From: Nemertoderma westbladi
Taxonomy: Eukaryota; Animalia; Xenacoelomorpha
Reading direction: 5' to 3'
Assembly (NCBI GenBank): GCA_032718475.1
Contig: JAUCBJ010007524.1
Span: forward strand, 236,637-300,636
DNA length: 64,000 bases
Made by a program: the position numbers and the translations under genes. How positions within the stretch are numbered: the first letter of the stretch is position 1; each line of letters begins with the position of its first letter. Of this stretch, positions 1 through 11,790 are shown piece after piece. Below the pieces are notes generated by a model that had not been told where the DNA came from, did not search any database, and saw only the letters and a list, made by a program, of their open reading frames with translations.

Positions 1-213
1 GGTATTGGCCGAGATAAAAAAATATATAAAGGTTGGCCCTACTCCTGTACTCTGCTACACTGCACATCACTGCCCTATACCGCTATACCTGTACTGCTGT
101 ATACAGCTCTACCAGTCTACTGCTCTATAACTATATCAGTATATCAGTACCAGAGTACCGGTAAGTACTGAAGTAGTCGGAGTACTGGTAACCAGGTAAC
201 CTATAATTGGATA

Positions 214-588
214 ATGTTATCAGCCTTACTAAAGGAGCACCAGCAACGCAAATCAGTTCGAGAAGCCGTACAAGAACGCCGCAAGAACGAAGCCCTTGCA
301 GCCGCATCCGTCGTCACGAACGGTGTGGTAGAGAACCTAAACTCCGGCGTCGCTCAAGCCTACATAAACGAGAAACGACTGGACTACGAATCCAAACAAC
401 TGGAAGCCAACGCGGCACAGTTCGCTAAAGTCGCTCTCCAGTGGGTCCGAATGGTTGAAAAGTTTCACGACTCAATTAAGGAGCTCGGGGACGTGGAGAA
501 TTGGGCGAAAACAATAGAATCGGACCTGCAGACTGTCTCCTTGGCGTTATCCTATGCGTGTAGCGGTACCGGAAGTAACTCATCGTAA
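214..588 (+). CDS. BLOC1S1: BLOC-1/BORC subunit 1 (GCN5L1), single-exon CDS
   Basis: 124-aa ORF with family motifs MLSxLLKEHQ, LNxGVAQAYxNEKRLD and KELGDVENWAKTIESD; full length, no intron in the CDS. Confidence 0.96.
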   Translation: MLSALLKEHQQRKSVREAVQERRKNEALAAASVVTNGVVENLNSGVAQAYINEKRLDYESKQLEANAAQFAKVALQWVRMVEKFHDSIKELGDVENWAKTIESDLQTVSLALSYACSGTGSNSS

Positions 589-1089
589 TACATTATTGCA
601 TTACCGGGGTACCACCGGTACACAAGGCCTAATAATTTTGTCTTTATTAACCTTTTGATTGGCAGATTGGTATAGCCCTGCCGTAATCTCTGAATCTAAC
701 TCAATTCAACAACCTCTGTACTGCTGTAAATCTGTTTGCTTTTGGGGCCATTATCTTAAAAAGTTATAGGCCTAAGTATAACACATTCAGACATTAGTTA
801 ATTTATAGAATCCCATAAACAGATAAATTAGTAAATTTTCTGCAGCCAGACAAATAAATTTTTGCATAAGTATTTTTAACTAATTTGTTTCGTAATTTTT
901 AGAAAAAGTACCGTATTTCAATCTGCAATAATAAATCTCGCATCTATTCAGTGTCACAATCCGTTTAAGAATTAATATAAGACAGTAATAATGAAATAAA
1001 GTAATGGACCTCAAATACAAACAGACTTAATTAATCTTTATTCTCGGATTATTGCGACCTAAATCGCCATAGACAGTTAGAAAAAAACA

Positions 1090-1692
1090 ATGTTGCTCAT
1101 TTTAAGCGAAGAACATAAAAGCCAACTGATGAATCTCAGCCGGTTTGAACCGTCGATCGTGGAGCAGTTGGTTCAAATCGCTGTCGACTTTATCGGCAAA
1201 GGAATCGTCGCCAAGGCCATCCAGACAGCCGCCTCACGGCTCGCAGTGGAACCCCGACTGGTAGAGGAATCCATCACCGCTCTTATGAACTTACTCGCGG
1301 AGTCTGTCAGACAGAGAGCCAACTCATCCGACCTGGAGGATTCCTTGATGTCGCAGTTGGGGTTCGGGGACTCGCCGGTGGTCGCTTCGCTCGTTCGCGT
1401 TCACGAAGAGCAATGCGACTTCCTCAGGGCGTCGCTACTCGGATTGGATGTCAGGCTGCCATGGTACCGCGACCTGCAGTGGCGGCTCGACCTGGAGTTG
1501 GACTCGCGACATCTCCGCAACCAGCCAGTCTCACTCATTTACATTAAACTTTATATCCGCCAGGGCGATAAAGTAGTTCCCGTAGTGCTGCAGACGGACC
1601 CGGTAAATTTGCTGCGTTTAACGCGAATCCTCGAAGATGCCCTCGGGCAACTCAAATCCAATTCAACTCGCCGTCTATTAAAGGCCATTTAA
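1090..1692 (+). CDS. COMMD2: COMM domain-containing protein 2, single-exon CDS
   Basis: 200-aa ORF; N-terminus MLLILSEEHK and COMM domain LPWYRDLQWRLDLELDSRHLRNQ...VLQTDPVNLLRLTRILEDAL match COMMD2. Confidence 0.94.
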   Translation: MLLILSEEHKSQLMNLSRFEPSIVEQLVQIAVDFIGKGIVAKAIQTAASRLAVEPRLVEESITALMNLLAESVRQRANSSDLEDSLMSQLGFGDSPVVASLVRVHEEQCDFLRASLLGLDVRLPWYRDLQWRLDLELDSRHLRNQPVSLIYIKLYIRQGDKVVPVVLQTDPVNLLRLTRILEDALGQLKSNSTRRLLKAI

Positions 1693-2038
1693 CAACGACC
1701 CTCTCGCGTCTCACAATCCCATTTGACCCATTAAGTAAATCAAGTTTATTTATATTCAGTTTTTAATTTGCAAACAATTTGTATTTATTCCTGAAGTTAA
1801 TCACTTATGTTATCCTTTATGATTCCAAATGTTTAACTACTTATTTAATAACTAATTGAACGACTAATTAATTTAAAATTATTTAATCTATATCATCTAT
1901 CATCACCAGAGCTAGCATAACGGAACTAGCTATCACAGTCCAATACAATGTAGTTTCGTTTCATACATTTTAAATTATTTTTTTTTGTTTCATTATTCTA
2001 TAAATCTCGTTCTCGATCTATATAATACGGACTAATAC

Positions 2039-2262
2039 GGGAAACCAGACGCAATAAAAATTCATCCCTCTCCAGAGGAAATTGAACGCAAATAACAGCT
2101 GATTACTCTCAAAAATAAAACTGTAACCTGTTCTATTGTGATTAGTTTATTGTTTTGGTTAAAATAACGTGCCACTGTAACCTGCTCCTTTCTAAATTGA
2201 GAATTTATCATTGAGGCGGGATATTAATTCGCTAAGATGGGATTTGTGTCCAGTCCCCCCCC
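2039..2262 (+). mobile_element. Dispersed ~220-bp MITE, copy 1
   Basis: Core acgcaataaaaattcatccctctcca...ttaaaataacgtgccactgta recurs at ~8362, ~24533 and inverted at ~41083; ends form an imperfect inverted repeat (GG..CTGGACGCAA / TTGCGTCCAG..CC). Confidence 0.7.
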
Positions 2263-3445
2263 CCCCCCCCCCTGTCTCAACTAACTAGCCATGGTATAAT
2301 TATAATAGTTCTCTAAGATGGTTTGCACTTTGCAGCTTTTGCAGCACGAAGGCCCCACTCGTGTTTACTTGTCATAATATTATTATATTATATTAATATC
2401 TAATTATTGTTGATACTAGACAAACCATTCCACTGGGGCTTGGATTGCCTTATCCATAGCCGTAGCACAGACGCAATGGTCCTGGGTAGGGGGTGGGTGG
2501 GGTAGGGGGTAACCCCCTAAGGAATTATTATAAAACTGTTCTAATACCGTGTGGTAGATTAATAGCACGTTTATGTCTTTAAGTTTTATGTCCACGTCCA
2601 ACGTGGGAAGGCCAAAGAGCAATAAAAAATTTAATTTTAAAATTTGTTTATCTCCCTCGAGCGGCGATTGGCGGAATTGTTTATTTCACTAAAAACACAA
2701 TTAGTTATCCAAAAAATTTTAAACCAACATTTTGGACTCAGCATCTTCTACATCGTATCTACAAAATATCTCAGCAGATTTGTTTTAATTATTTTTTTTT
2801 CATCAAATTAATATAATTAATATAACTATATTAATAATTAATATAACTAATTTTAATTTATTAAATTATTTATCTATAAATTATTAATATTCCCAATAAT
2901 ATCTAAACAAACACTTTAAAAAAAATGCTGGAGTATTTTTCAACATCTTCAAAAAAACCTTTCATATCCATCCATAAATATATATAAATATCCAACATGA
3001 AAAATTACTGAGGAGAAGTATTTTGAAAAATCTAAAAATGCAATTTCGGGATAATTTCGATTAGTTTGAATCTCCCCTCTCAGACCTATCTGTCTCGGGT
3101 CGGCTAATTGGTTAGTCTTAATGTTTGGCACTAAGGCTGCACACATTTCATTTCCGACGTTAATTTAGAAGTTTGGTGGTATCTATAGCAGCTACTGTCT
3201 TATTTAATATATTGACGGAAAACTGGAAGACGGAAATCACTAAGCCGTTTTAAAATTTGAAATCCTCATTAAATTGTGCTTTATTAGTGAGATGAATTTA
3301 TTATTAAAAACCCAAAAATGTGTAAATTAAACCCAAGGAAAACCAAGGTAAACCAAGGTAAAACCCAAGGAAAACATTTAAAGGAAATTTGTTTACATTC
3401 CATCATTTATGGATTTGAATGATAATATTTTTGTTTATCTTTTAA

Positions 3446-6400
3446 GGGGACATGGTACCCTGGGACATGGTACCCTGGGACATGGTACCCTGGGACATGG
3501 TACCCTGGGACATGGTACCCTGGGACATGGTACCCTGGGACATGGTACCCTGGGACATGGTACCCTGGGACATGGTACCCTGGGACATGGTGCCCTGGGA
3601 CATGGTACCCTGGGACATGGTACCCTGGGACATGGTACCCTGGGACATGGTGCCCTGGGACATGGTACCCTGGGACATGGTACCCTGGGACATGGTACCC
3701 TGGGACATGGTACCCTGGGACATGGTACCCTGGGACATGGTACCCTGGGACATGGTACCCTGGGACATGGTACCCTGGGACATGGTACCCTGGGACATGG
3801 TACCCTGGGACATGGTACCCTGGGACATGGTACCCTGGGACATGGTACCATGGGACATGGTACCCTGGGACATGGTACCCTGGGACATGGTACCCTGGGA
3901 CATGGTACCCTGGGACATGGTACCCTGGGACATGGTACCCTGGGACATGGTACCCTGGGACATGGTACCCTGGGACATGGGACATGGTACCCTGGGACAT
4001 GGTACCCTGGGACATGGTACCCTGGGACATGGTACCCTGGGACATGGTACCCTGGGACATGGTACCCTGGGACATGGTACCCTGGGACATGGTACCCTGG
4101 GACATGGTACCCTGGGACATGGTACCCTGGGACATGGTACCCTGGGACATGGTACCCTGGGACATGGTGCCCTGGGACATGGTGCCCTGGGACATGGTAC
4201 CCTGGGACATGGTACCCTAGGACATGGTGCCCTGGGACATGGTACCCTGGGACATGGTACCCTGGGACATGGTACCCTGGGAGATGGTACCCTGGGACAT
4301 GGTACCCTGGGACATGGTACCCTGGGACATGGTACCCTGGAACATGGTACCCTGGGACATGGTACCCTGGGACATGGTACCCTGGGACATGGTACCCTGG
4401 GACATGGTACCCTGGGACATGGTACCCTGGGACATGGTACCCTGGGACATGGTGCCCCGGGACATGGTACCCCGGGACATGGTGCCCTGGGACATGGTAC
4501 CCTGGGACATGGTACCCTGGGACATGGTACCCTGGGACATGGTACCCTGGGACATGGTACCCTGGGACATGGTACCCTGGGACATGGTACCCTGGGACAT
4601 GGTACCCTGGGACATGGTACCCTGGGACATGGTACCCTGGGACATGGTGCCCTGGGACATGGTGCCCTGGGACATGGTGCCCTGGGACATGGTACCCTGG
4701 GACATGGTACCCTGGGACATGGTACCCTGGGACATGGTACCCTGGGACATGGTACCCTGGGACATGGTACCCTGGGACATGGTACCCTGGGACATGGTAC
4801 CCTGGGACATGGTGCCCTGGGACATGGTACCCTGGGACATGGTACCCTGGGACATGGTACCCTGGGACATGGTACCCTGGGACATGGTACCCTGGGACAT
4901 GGTACCCTGGGACATGGTACCCTGGGACATGGTACCCTGGGACATGGTACCCTGGGACATGGTACCCTGGGACATGGTACCCTGGGACATGGTACCCTGG
5001 GACATGGTGCCCTGGGACATGGTGCCCTGGGACATGGTACCCTGGGACATGGTACCCTGGGACATGGTACCCTGGGACATGGTACCCTGGGACATGGTAC
5101 CCTGGGACATGGTACCCTGGGACATGGTACCCTGGGACATGGTACCCTGGGACATGGTACCCTGGGACATGGTGCCCTGGGACATGGTACCCTGGGACAT
5201 GGTACCCTGGGACATGGTACCCTGGGACATGGTACCCTGGGACATGGTACCCTGGGACATGGTACCCTGGGACATGGTACCCTGGGACATGGTACCCTGG
5301 GACATGGTACCCTGGGACATGGTACCCTGGGACATGGTACCCTGGGACATGGTACCCTGGGACATGGTACCCTGGGACATGGTACCCTGGGACATGGTAC
5401 CCTAGGACATGGTGCCCTGGGACATGGTACCCTGGGACATGGTACCCTGGGACATGGTACCCTAGGACATGGTGCCCTGGGACATGGTACCCTGGGACAT
5501 GGTACCCTGGGACATGGTACCCTGGGACATGGTACCCTGGGACATGGTACCCTGGGACATGGTACCCTGGGACATGGTACCCTGGGACATGGTACCCTGG
5601 GACATGGTACCCTGGGACATGGTACCCTGGGACATGGTACCCTGGGACATGGTGCCCTGGGACATGGTACCCTGGGACATGGTACCCTGGGACATGGTAC
5701 CCTGGGACATGGTGCCCTGGGACATGGTGCCCTGGGACATGGTACCCTGGGACATGGTACCCTGGGACATGGTACCCTGGGACATGGTACCCTGGGACAT
5801 GGTACCCTGGGACATGGTACCCTGGGACATGGTACCCTGGGACATGGTACCCTGGGACATGGTACCCTGGGACATGGTACCCTGGGACATGGTGCCCTGG
5901 GACATGGTGCCCTGGGACATGGTACCCTGGGACATGGTACCCTGGGACATGGTACCCTGGGACATGGTACCCTGGGACATGGTACCCTGGGACATGGTAC
6001 CCTGGGACATGGTTCCCTGGGACATGGTACCCTGGGACATGGTACCCTGGGACATGGTACCCTGGGACATGGTACCCTGGGACATGGTACCCTGGGACAT
6101 GGTGCCCTGGGACATGGTACCCTGGGACATGGTACCCTAGGACATGGTGCCCTGGGACATGGTACCCTGGGACATGGTACCCTGGGACATGGTACCCTGG
6201 GACATGGTACCCTGGGACATGGTACCCTGGGACATGGTACCCTGGGACATGGTGCCCTGGGACATGGTGCCCTGGGACATGGTGCCCTGGGACATGGTAC
6301 CCTGGGACATGGTACCCTGGGACATGGTACCCTGGGACATGGTTCCCTGGGACATGGTACCCTGGGACATGGTACCCTGGGACATGGTACCCTGGGACAT

Positions 6401-7094
6401 GGTACCCTGGGACATGGTACCCTGGGACATGGTGCCCTGGGACATGGTACCCTGGGACATGGTACCCTGGGACATGGTGCCCTGGGACATGGTGCCCTGG
6501 GACATGGTACCCTGGGACATGGTACCCTGGGACATGGTACCCTGGGACATGGTACCCTGGGACATGGTACCCTGGGACATGGTACCCTGGGACATGGTAC
6601 CCTGGGACATGGTACCCTGGGACATGGTACCCTGGGACATGGTACCCTGGGACATGGTACCCTGGGACATGGTTCCCTGGGACATGGTTCCCTGGGACAT
6701 GGTACCCTGGGACATGGTACCATGGGACATGGTACCCTGGGACATGGTACCCTGGGACATGGTACCATGGGACATGGTACCCTGGGACATGGTACCCTGG
6801 GACATGGTACCCTGCCCGGGACATGGTACCCTGCCCGGGACATGGTACCCTGCCCGGGACATGGTACCCTGCCCGGGACATGGTACCCTGCCCATTAAGG
6901 GGACATGGTACCCTGGGACATGGTACCCTGGGACATGGTACCCTGGGACATGGTACCCTGGGACATGGTACCCTGGGACATGCTACCCTGGGACATGGTA
7001 CCCTGGGACATGGTACCCTGCCCGGGACATGGTACCCTGCCCGGGACATGGTACCCTGGTACCCATGGTACCCTGCCCGGGACATGGTACCCTG
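3446..7094 (+). repeat. 15-bp tandem satellite (GGGACATGGTACCCT)n, about 240 units by length
   Basis: Directly visible; point variants (TGCCC, TTCCC, CCTAGG) and 19-bp variants (extra GCCC) near the ends of two blocks; begins immediately after TTAA at 3442-3445. Confidence 0.99.
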
Positions 7095-7485
7095 TGGGGG
7101 TTAACAATTTCGCTGTGGGGGTTTTCATTGACGGTCATTTACGACGTCAGTTTTTACATTTGAGTGAATCTAGAGCTTCTGTATGCTGTATGTATAGTGT
7201 ATCTGTCGGACTGTCACTCAAAAAGGAATCACACGACTAAACTTTGTTAATTTGGTTTTCATGGTCGGTGATTTTATTTAAGATGTTAATTTTCAGGTTT
7301 GCAGGAATCTCTAGACTGTCTTTAAAACTGACATACAGTACAGACAACTACGTCTTGTGTTGTGACTTTAAGGTTTCAATTTCTGTAATCTACGAAAAAT
7401 TCTGACCTTACAGTAATTCGATTAAATAAAAATTTGATATTATTTTTTTTTATTTTCGTGAAAATTTGCAGGGTACCATGTCACC
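3446..7485. mobile_element. TTAA-associated non-autonomous DNA transposon (Kolobok-like MITE) whose left TIR has been amplified
   Basis: Left end TTAA|GGGGACATGGTACCCTG(C); right end GCAGGGTACCATGTCACC|TTAC (7468-7489) is its reverse complement with one mismatch; unique body 7095-7467. RR...YY termini with TTAA fit Kolobok. Confidence 0.75.
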
Positions 7486-8361
7486 TTACGTTTACCTTAC
7501 ATAATTATTGATTATATTATAGTATATACTGTAGTTTATCGAAACGAAAGATACAATATCAAGATACACACCAAATGGATGCCGTGTGGAAGAGTTGTTC
7601 GCATACAACATCCCGTCCGGATATGAGATACTGTATTACATACATTACAACATATCGTTCGGTTGAGTTGTCCACATTATCATCAGGACGAGTTGATTTG
7701 GTTCAAATTGGCGGATTAGGGCCATGTTGTTAAGGAAATAGATTACATAAAGTTAACTAAACCCTAATCGCTTATCTTAAAATGAAATGCATAGCCTACT
7801 GTATTTGTCATTGCAGCACAAAAATATCCAGCTATGCATTCCGAGAATTGGTAAAACAATTGTTTTATCCTAAATAGTTGGCATTCTCCATTTACAGTAA
7901 GCCCTATCTACTGTAAAGGCTTGGTTGTTATTGGTTGGCTCATAAACTTGTTTCAATAAGTTTCTATAGAATGTTATTCAACATTATAGCAATGCCCATA
8001 GAAATATATTGCATTAGTCCTATACGTAACACCCCCACCAGTAAATAACATTAGTTCTATATGGAACGCCCCTTAAAATATTTCACATTTAGTTCTATAG
8101 GGGAACGCCCCCTAAAATAACTACATAAAGGTATAATCAACACAGATTCCTCACTTGATCCGACATTGTTGCATTTGTGATATATTTACAAAAAATATTA
8201 AGTATTAACCCAACACAAATTCGCAGTTACTTCAATTTCTTCAACAATCTCTCACAAGTAAGTAAAATTATGTATATACAATATTTGTTTTTTTTTTTTT
8301 TCGCACAGGACGAAGCGAGCTTAACATCGATAGGTTGTACAACCACAGCAGAAAGGGGGTG

Positions 8362-8545
8362 GGGGGGCTGAACGCAATAAAAATTCATCCCTCTCCAGGG
8401 GAAATTGGACACTAATAACAGGTGATTACTTTCAAAAGTAAACTGTAACCTGTTCTATTGTGTTTAGTTTATTGTTTGGGTTAAAATAACGTGCCACTGT
8501 ACGCAATTTGCCAAGGCGTGATTTGCGTCTAGCCTCCCCCCCCCC
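8362..8545 (+). mobile_element. Dispersed MITE, copy 2
   Basis: Near-identical to 2039-2262 with an internal deletion. Confidence 0.7.
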
Positions 8546-8987
8546 CCCCCCCTGTCTCAACTTCAGTATTTCAAATTCAAACTCTAGCGGAAGAATTGAG
8601 AACTGTAGTACCCCCATGCAAATTACATTTAATTTTTGAATTTTTAATATTTGACAGACTATAATATAGTACTTCATGTGTTCCAAGATTGGTTAAATTC
8701 TATCAAATATTGGGTTATTAACCTTCAAAGATTAGGCAACTGCTAGACCACGGTTGAAACAGTGGTTCCCAAATGTTGCGTTAGCTAATCGCAAACTGGC
8801 GTTATGTTACACATGAGCTACCGAGTTTACAGTGGCAGACTACTCTCGTACAATGACTAGGACAATGATACATACTGTATACTTTACAGGCCCCAGACTG
8901 GCAAAATACCGTTTAGTCCACGTCTAAATAATGGTTCTTAAATTTTCCTATTGTGTATTATTATTTGATTCTGCAGATAAATACAAA

Positions 8988-10098
8988 ATGGAACAGAGCC
9001 GAGAAGAATTTATTGTGATGTGTCGAACCGCGATCCACGACAAAGAGTCCGGGTCGTACGAGGAACTTTACCAAATTCTCCTGCGTTGTTTCGTCCGTGC
9101 CGATAAAGAAATGGTTGGTAAAGTGAGTCTAGACAACATCGACACCCTTATAGAGGAGGCAGCAGCCCTCCCGAGAAGGTACGGATTCGCACCCAAAAGT
9201 GAAGATCTATTCCCAGACGCTGCAGCTCGTAAAGCATCGAGAGAGAAGATGTTTAAAGAGATGGATGTTGAGAAGGAGGGATATATTTCTTTGGATAACT
9301 GGATTAACTTCGCAGTAGAACATATTGCCGGTAAAGTTGCAAGTAACCTACCAAAGGATCACCTTGGTGGAACCACCCAAGAAGTCACCAAGGAAGAATT
9401 CATAACGTTTATCAAGAAAGCAGTAGATAAATCAACACCCGAATACCGGGAGTTGTATTTCTTCCTTCTGAAGTCCTTCATGAGAGGCGACACAAACCGC
9501 AATGGAGAAATAGATGCGGTTGAGTTCGATAAAATGATTGAAGATGCGGCCCAGGCCCCGAGGAGATTCGACTTGGCGCCGAAAGCATCTGAGATGTTTC
9601 CGAGTGATAAGGTGAGTTAATTAAAGAGCTGTTTTGCTGTGATAAAGATATAGGCTTAGGTTATCGGTGAATGTGAAAGCCCCTCTGATCTATTTGCAGT
9701 AACCTACCTGCATATAGGCCGCCAATATCTAACTAAACAAGGTTCAATACTCAGGAACTATCCAACCCTTATTCTCTCTCTCTCATTTTCCCACTGCTAA
9801 TTGCTACATCTTTACTAATGGACATAAAATTGCGAAATGTTTGCAATATAAAAACCGTTGATTACCGGTATAGTTTAGGGAGAAATAATTGTGTAAACTT
9901 CTGTATAATATTAAATACCACATCTGTCAAGTTCGAGAATAATGCTATATAATTTAATTTATTTTTCAGGCTAGATTTACCGCGCGAAAGCTTCATTTTG
10001 ACTCTATGGATGTTAACAAGAACGATGGAATCTCATTTGATGAGTGGCTTCATTTTACATTCAATCATATCGTAAAGAAAGTGGCGTCGCTAACTTAG
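8988..10098 (+). CDS. EF-hand calcium-binding protein, about 250 aa, two internal repeats; exons 8988-9611 and 9970-10098
   Basis: EF loops DKEMVGKVSLDN, DVEKEGYISLDN, DTNRNGEIDAVE, DVNKNDGISFDE; phase-0 intron gtgagt (9612) to tttttcag (9969); exon 2 (ARFTARKLHFDSMDVNKNDGISFDEWLHF...KVASLT*) completes repeat 2. An acceptor ctgcag (8976) precedes the ATG, so an upstream exon is possible. Confidence 0.88.
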
Positions 10099-10584
10099 GT
10101 ACTACAGTACATTATCCATTAAAAACTTTGTAAAAGACACTGTTCGTTGAATTATTTACATAATGGTTGTGCACTAAAATATGTATTATTATTAATATAC
10201 TGTAGTTTTCATTTCACTTAATTATTTCTTAATTAATACACTTATTTCACTTTCCTGTTGGCCTAAATGCTATACATAGTGTAACATATAAATATGAACC
10301 TACCTCTAGTATAAGAAGATGACCGGATGCTAAATTCTTATACAGTAGTCCCACAAGAAATGATAACAAATAAGTTGGAGCTACTGTAGTTCCCAAAAAG
10401 GATAACCAAACATTCTATGGTTCTTTTCAGAGAATCTCATTGATATACTGTAGATTGTTGCAAAGCTATACATAGAATTCTATTAATTCGCAATGGATCC
10501 TTTTTATTATTTTTTTATTTAACTACATACGATTATAATAATTTAATAATATACTTTTACTGGATACTTTTAATGGATCTTTTT

Positions 10585-11255
10585 GATAGACTGCTACGCG
10601 GAAATCAAAATGGGTTCCGTAAAGGTCATAGGGCCATTGATCCCATTTTGGTACTTACAGTAGAAGGATAATTGAAGAGTTATCAAAAAAAGAAAGACAG
10701 GCACCTGGCTGTTATCTTTGTTGACTTCTTGAAGGCCTTTGATTTACATGGTGACACAGATCCATTGGAAAACTCCTACTGGCTCGAGGAAAGTCGAGGA
10801 AATCTTGCCAAGTACCTAACTGATCTAGACATTGCTGATGACTTAGGAGTACTCTCATAATCACTAGAGGGATCTCAACGGCTCATCAGTTCATCAGAAC
10901 AGGTTGCTACTAGTGTTGGTCTTTTTGTTAAATCCAAAAAGACCAAAATTTTGACAGCGCCAATAAGAGGTAAGGGTTAATACTCCAATAGGTGAAAACA
11001 TAACAGGTAAGGCAGTAAGGCCTGAAGCTGTATTCAGATATTGGTAATGCAGTAATGTTCTCAAGCATCAACTCACAGATGTACTGGTAACCGGTAAGAT
11101 GAAGACAAACCGCAAGGCCATATAAGGCCATGCCAAAACTATCCTACATCAGTACATGTAGGAATACATAAACAAACATGAGGGCAAACGGGCCCATCAT
11201 GGCGCAGTTAACTTTGAAAGTCCTCAGCAAAGTCTCTGACTGGATGAACTCTCCG
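10585..11255 (+). mobile_element. Degraded RTE-clade LINE RT fragment, interrupted by a 247-bp insertion (10958-11204)
   Basis: Motifs IFVDFLKAFD and YLTDLDIADDLGVLS; same family as 15283-17039 and 57375-57790; the insertion has cgcca/tggcg ends and is flanked by CAG on both sides. Confidence 0.8.
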
Positions 11256-11519
11256 TATTGTGGCCATTCTTCACATTAGTCGTAATTTTTTCATATAAAT
11301 AGAAAACTTGATGAACAGCTGAGAAATAAGTGTTCAAAGATTGCAAGAATTATTGTTCGGTGCAGGCCATTTATTCAATTTAATAAATACACAAAATTTT
11401 AAAACGTGTTATTTATTTTATGATTGAAACTCACTTGTCCAATGTATTTTCTGGGTTATTTGATTGGCATCACAATCCCTCGGGGTTTAATAGACTATCA
11501 GTATTCGATCGATCTTGAA

Positions 11520-11790
11520 CTCTGTCACCATCGTTCCGGGTTTAATAGACTCCATCGCCATTGTTCCGGGTTTAATAGACTCCGTCACCATCGTTCCAGG
11601 TTTAATAGACTCCGTCGCAATCGTTCCAGGTTTAATAGACTCCATCGCCATCGTTCCGGGTTTAATAGACTCCGTCGCCATCATTCTGGGTTTAATAGAC
11701 TCCGTCGCCATCATTCCGGTTTAATAGACTCCATTGCCATCATTCCTGGCTTAATAGATTTCGTTGCCATCGATCCTTCTTTTAATAATC
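11520..11790. repeat. 30-bp minisatellite, about 8-9 copies (ccgggtttaatagactccgtcgccatcgtt)
   Basis: Directly visible tandem repeat. Confidence 0.92.

Noticed and set aside
207-428. 73-aa ORF overlapping BLOC1S1
   Set aside because: Alternative frame with a non-ATG start and no recognisable features.
3446-7094. CRISPR array or telomeric repeat
   Set aside because: No unique spacers or cas genes; eukaryotic, interstitial context.
3407-7240. Very long ORFs in all six frames (GHGTL, WYPGT, MVPWD, MSQGT, RVPCP, YHVPG repeats)
   Set aside because: Artefact of a stop-free 15-bp unit; frames shift at indels and the unit is explained as a transposon TIR.
8931-8987. N-terminal extension of the EF-hand ORF
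   Set aside because: Mostly a pyrimidine-rich intron end closing at ctgcag (8976).
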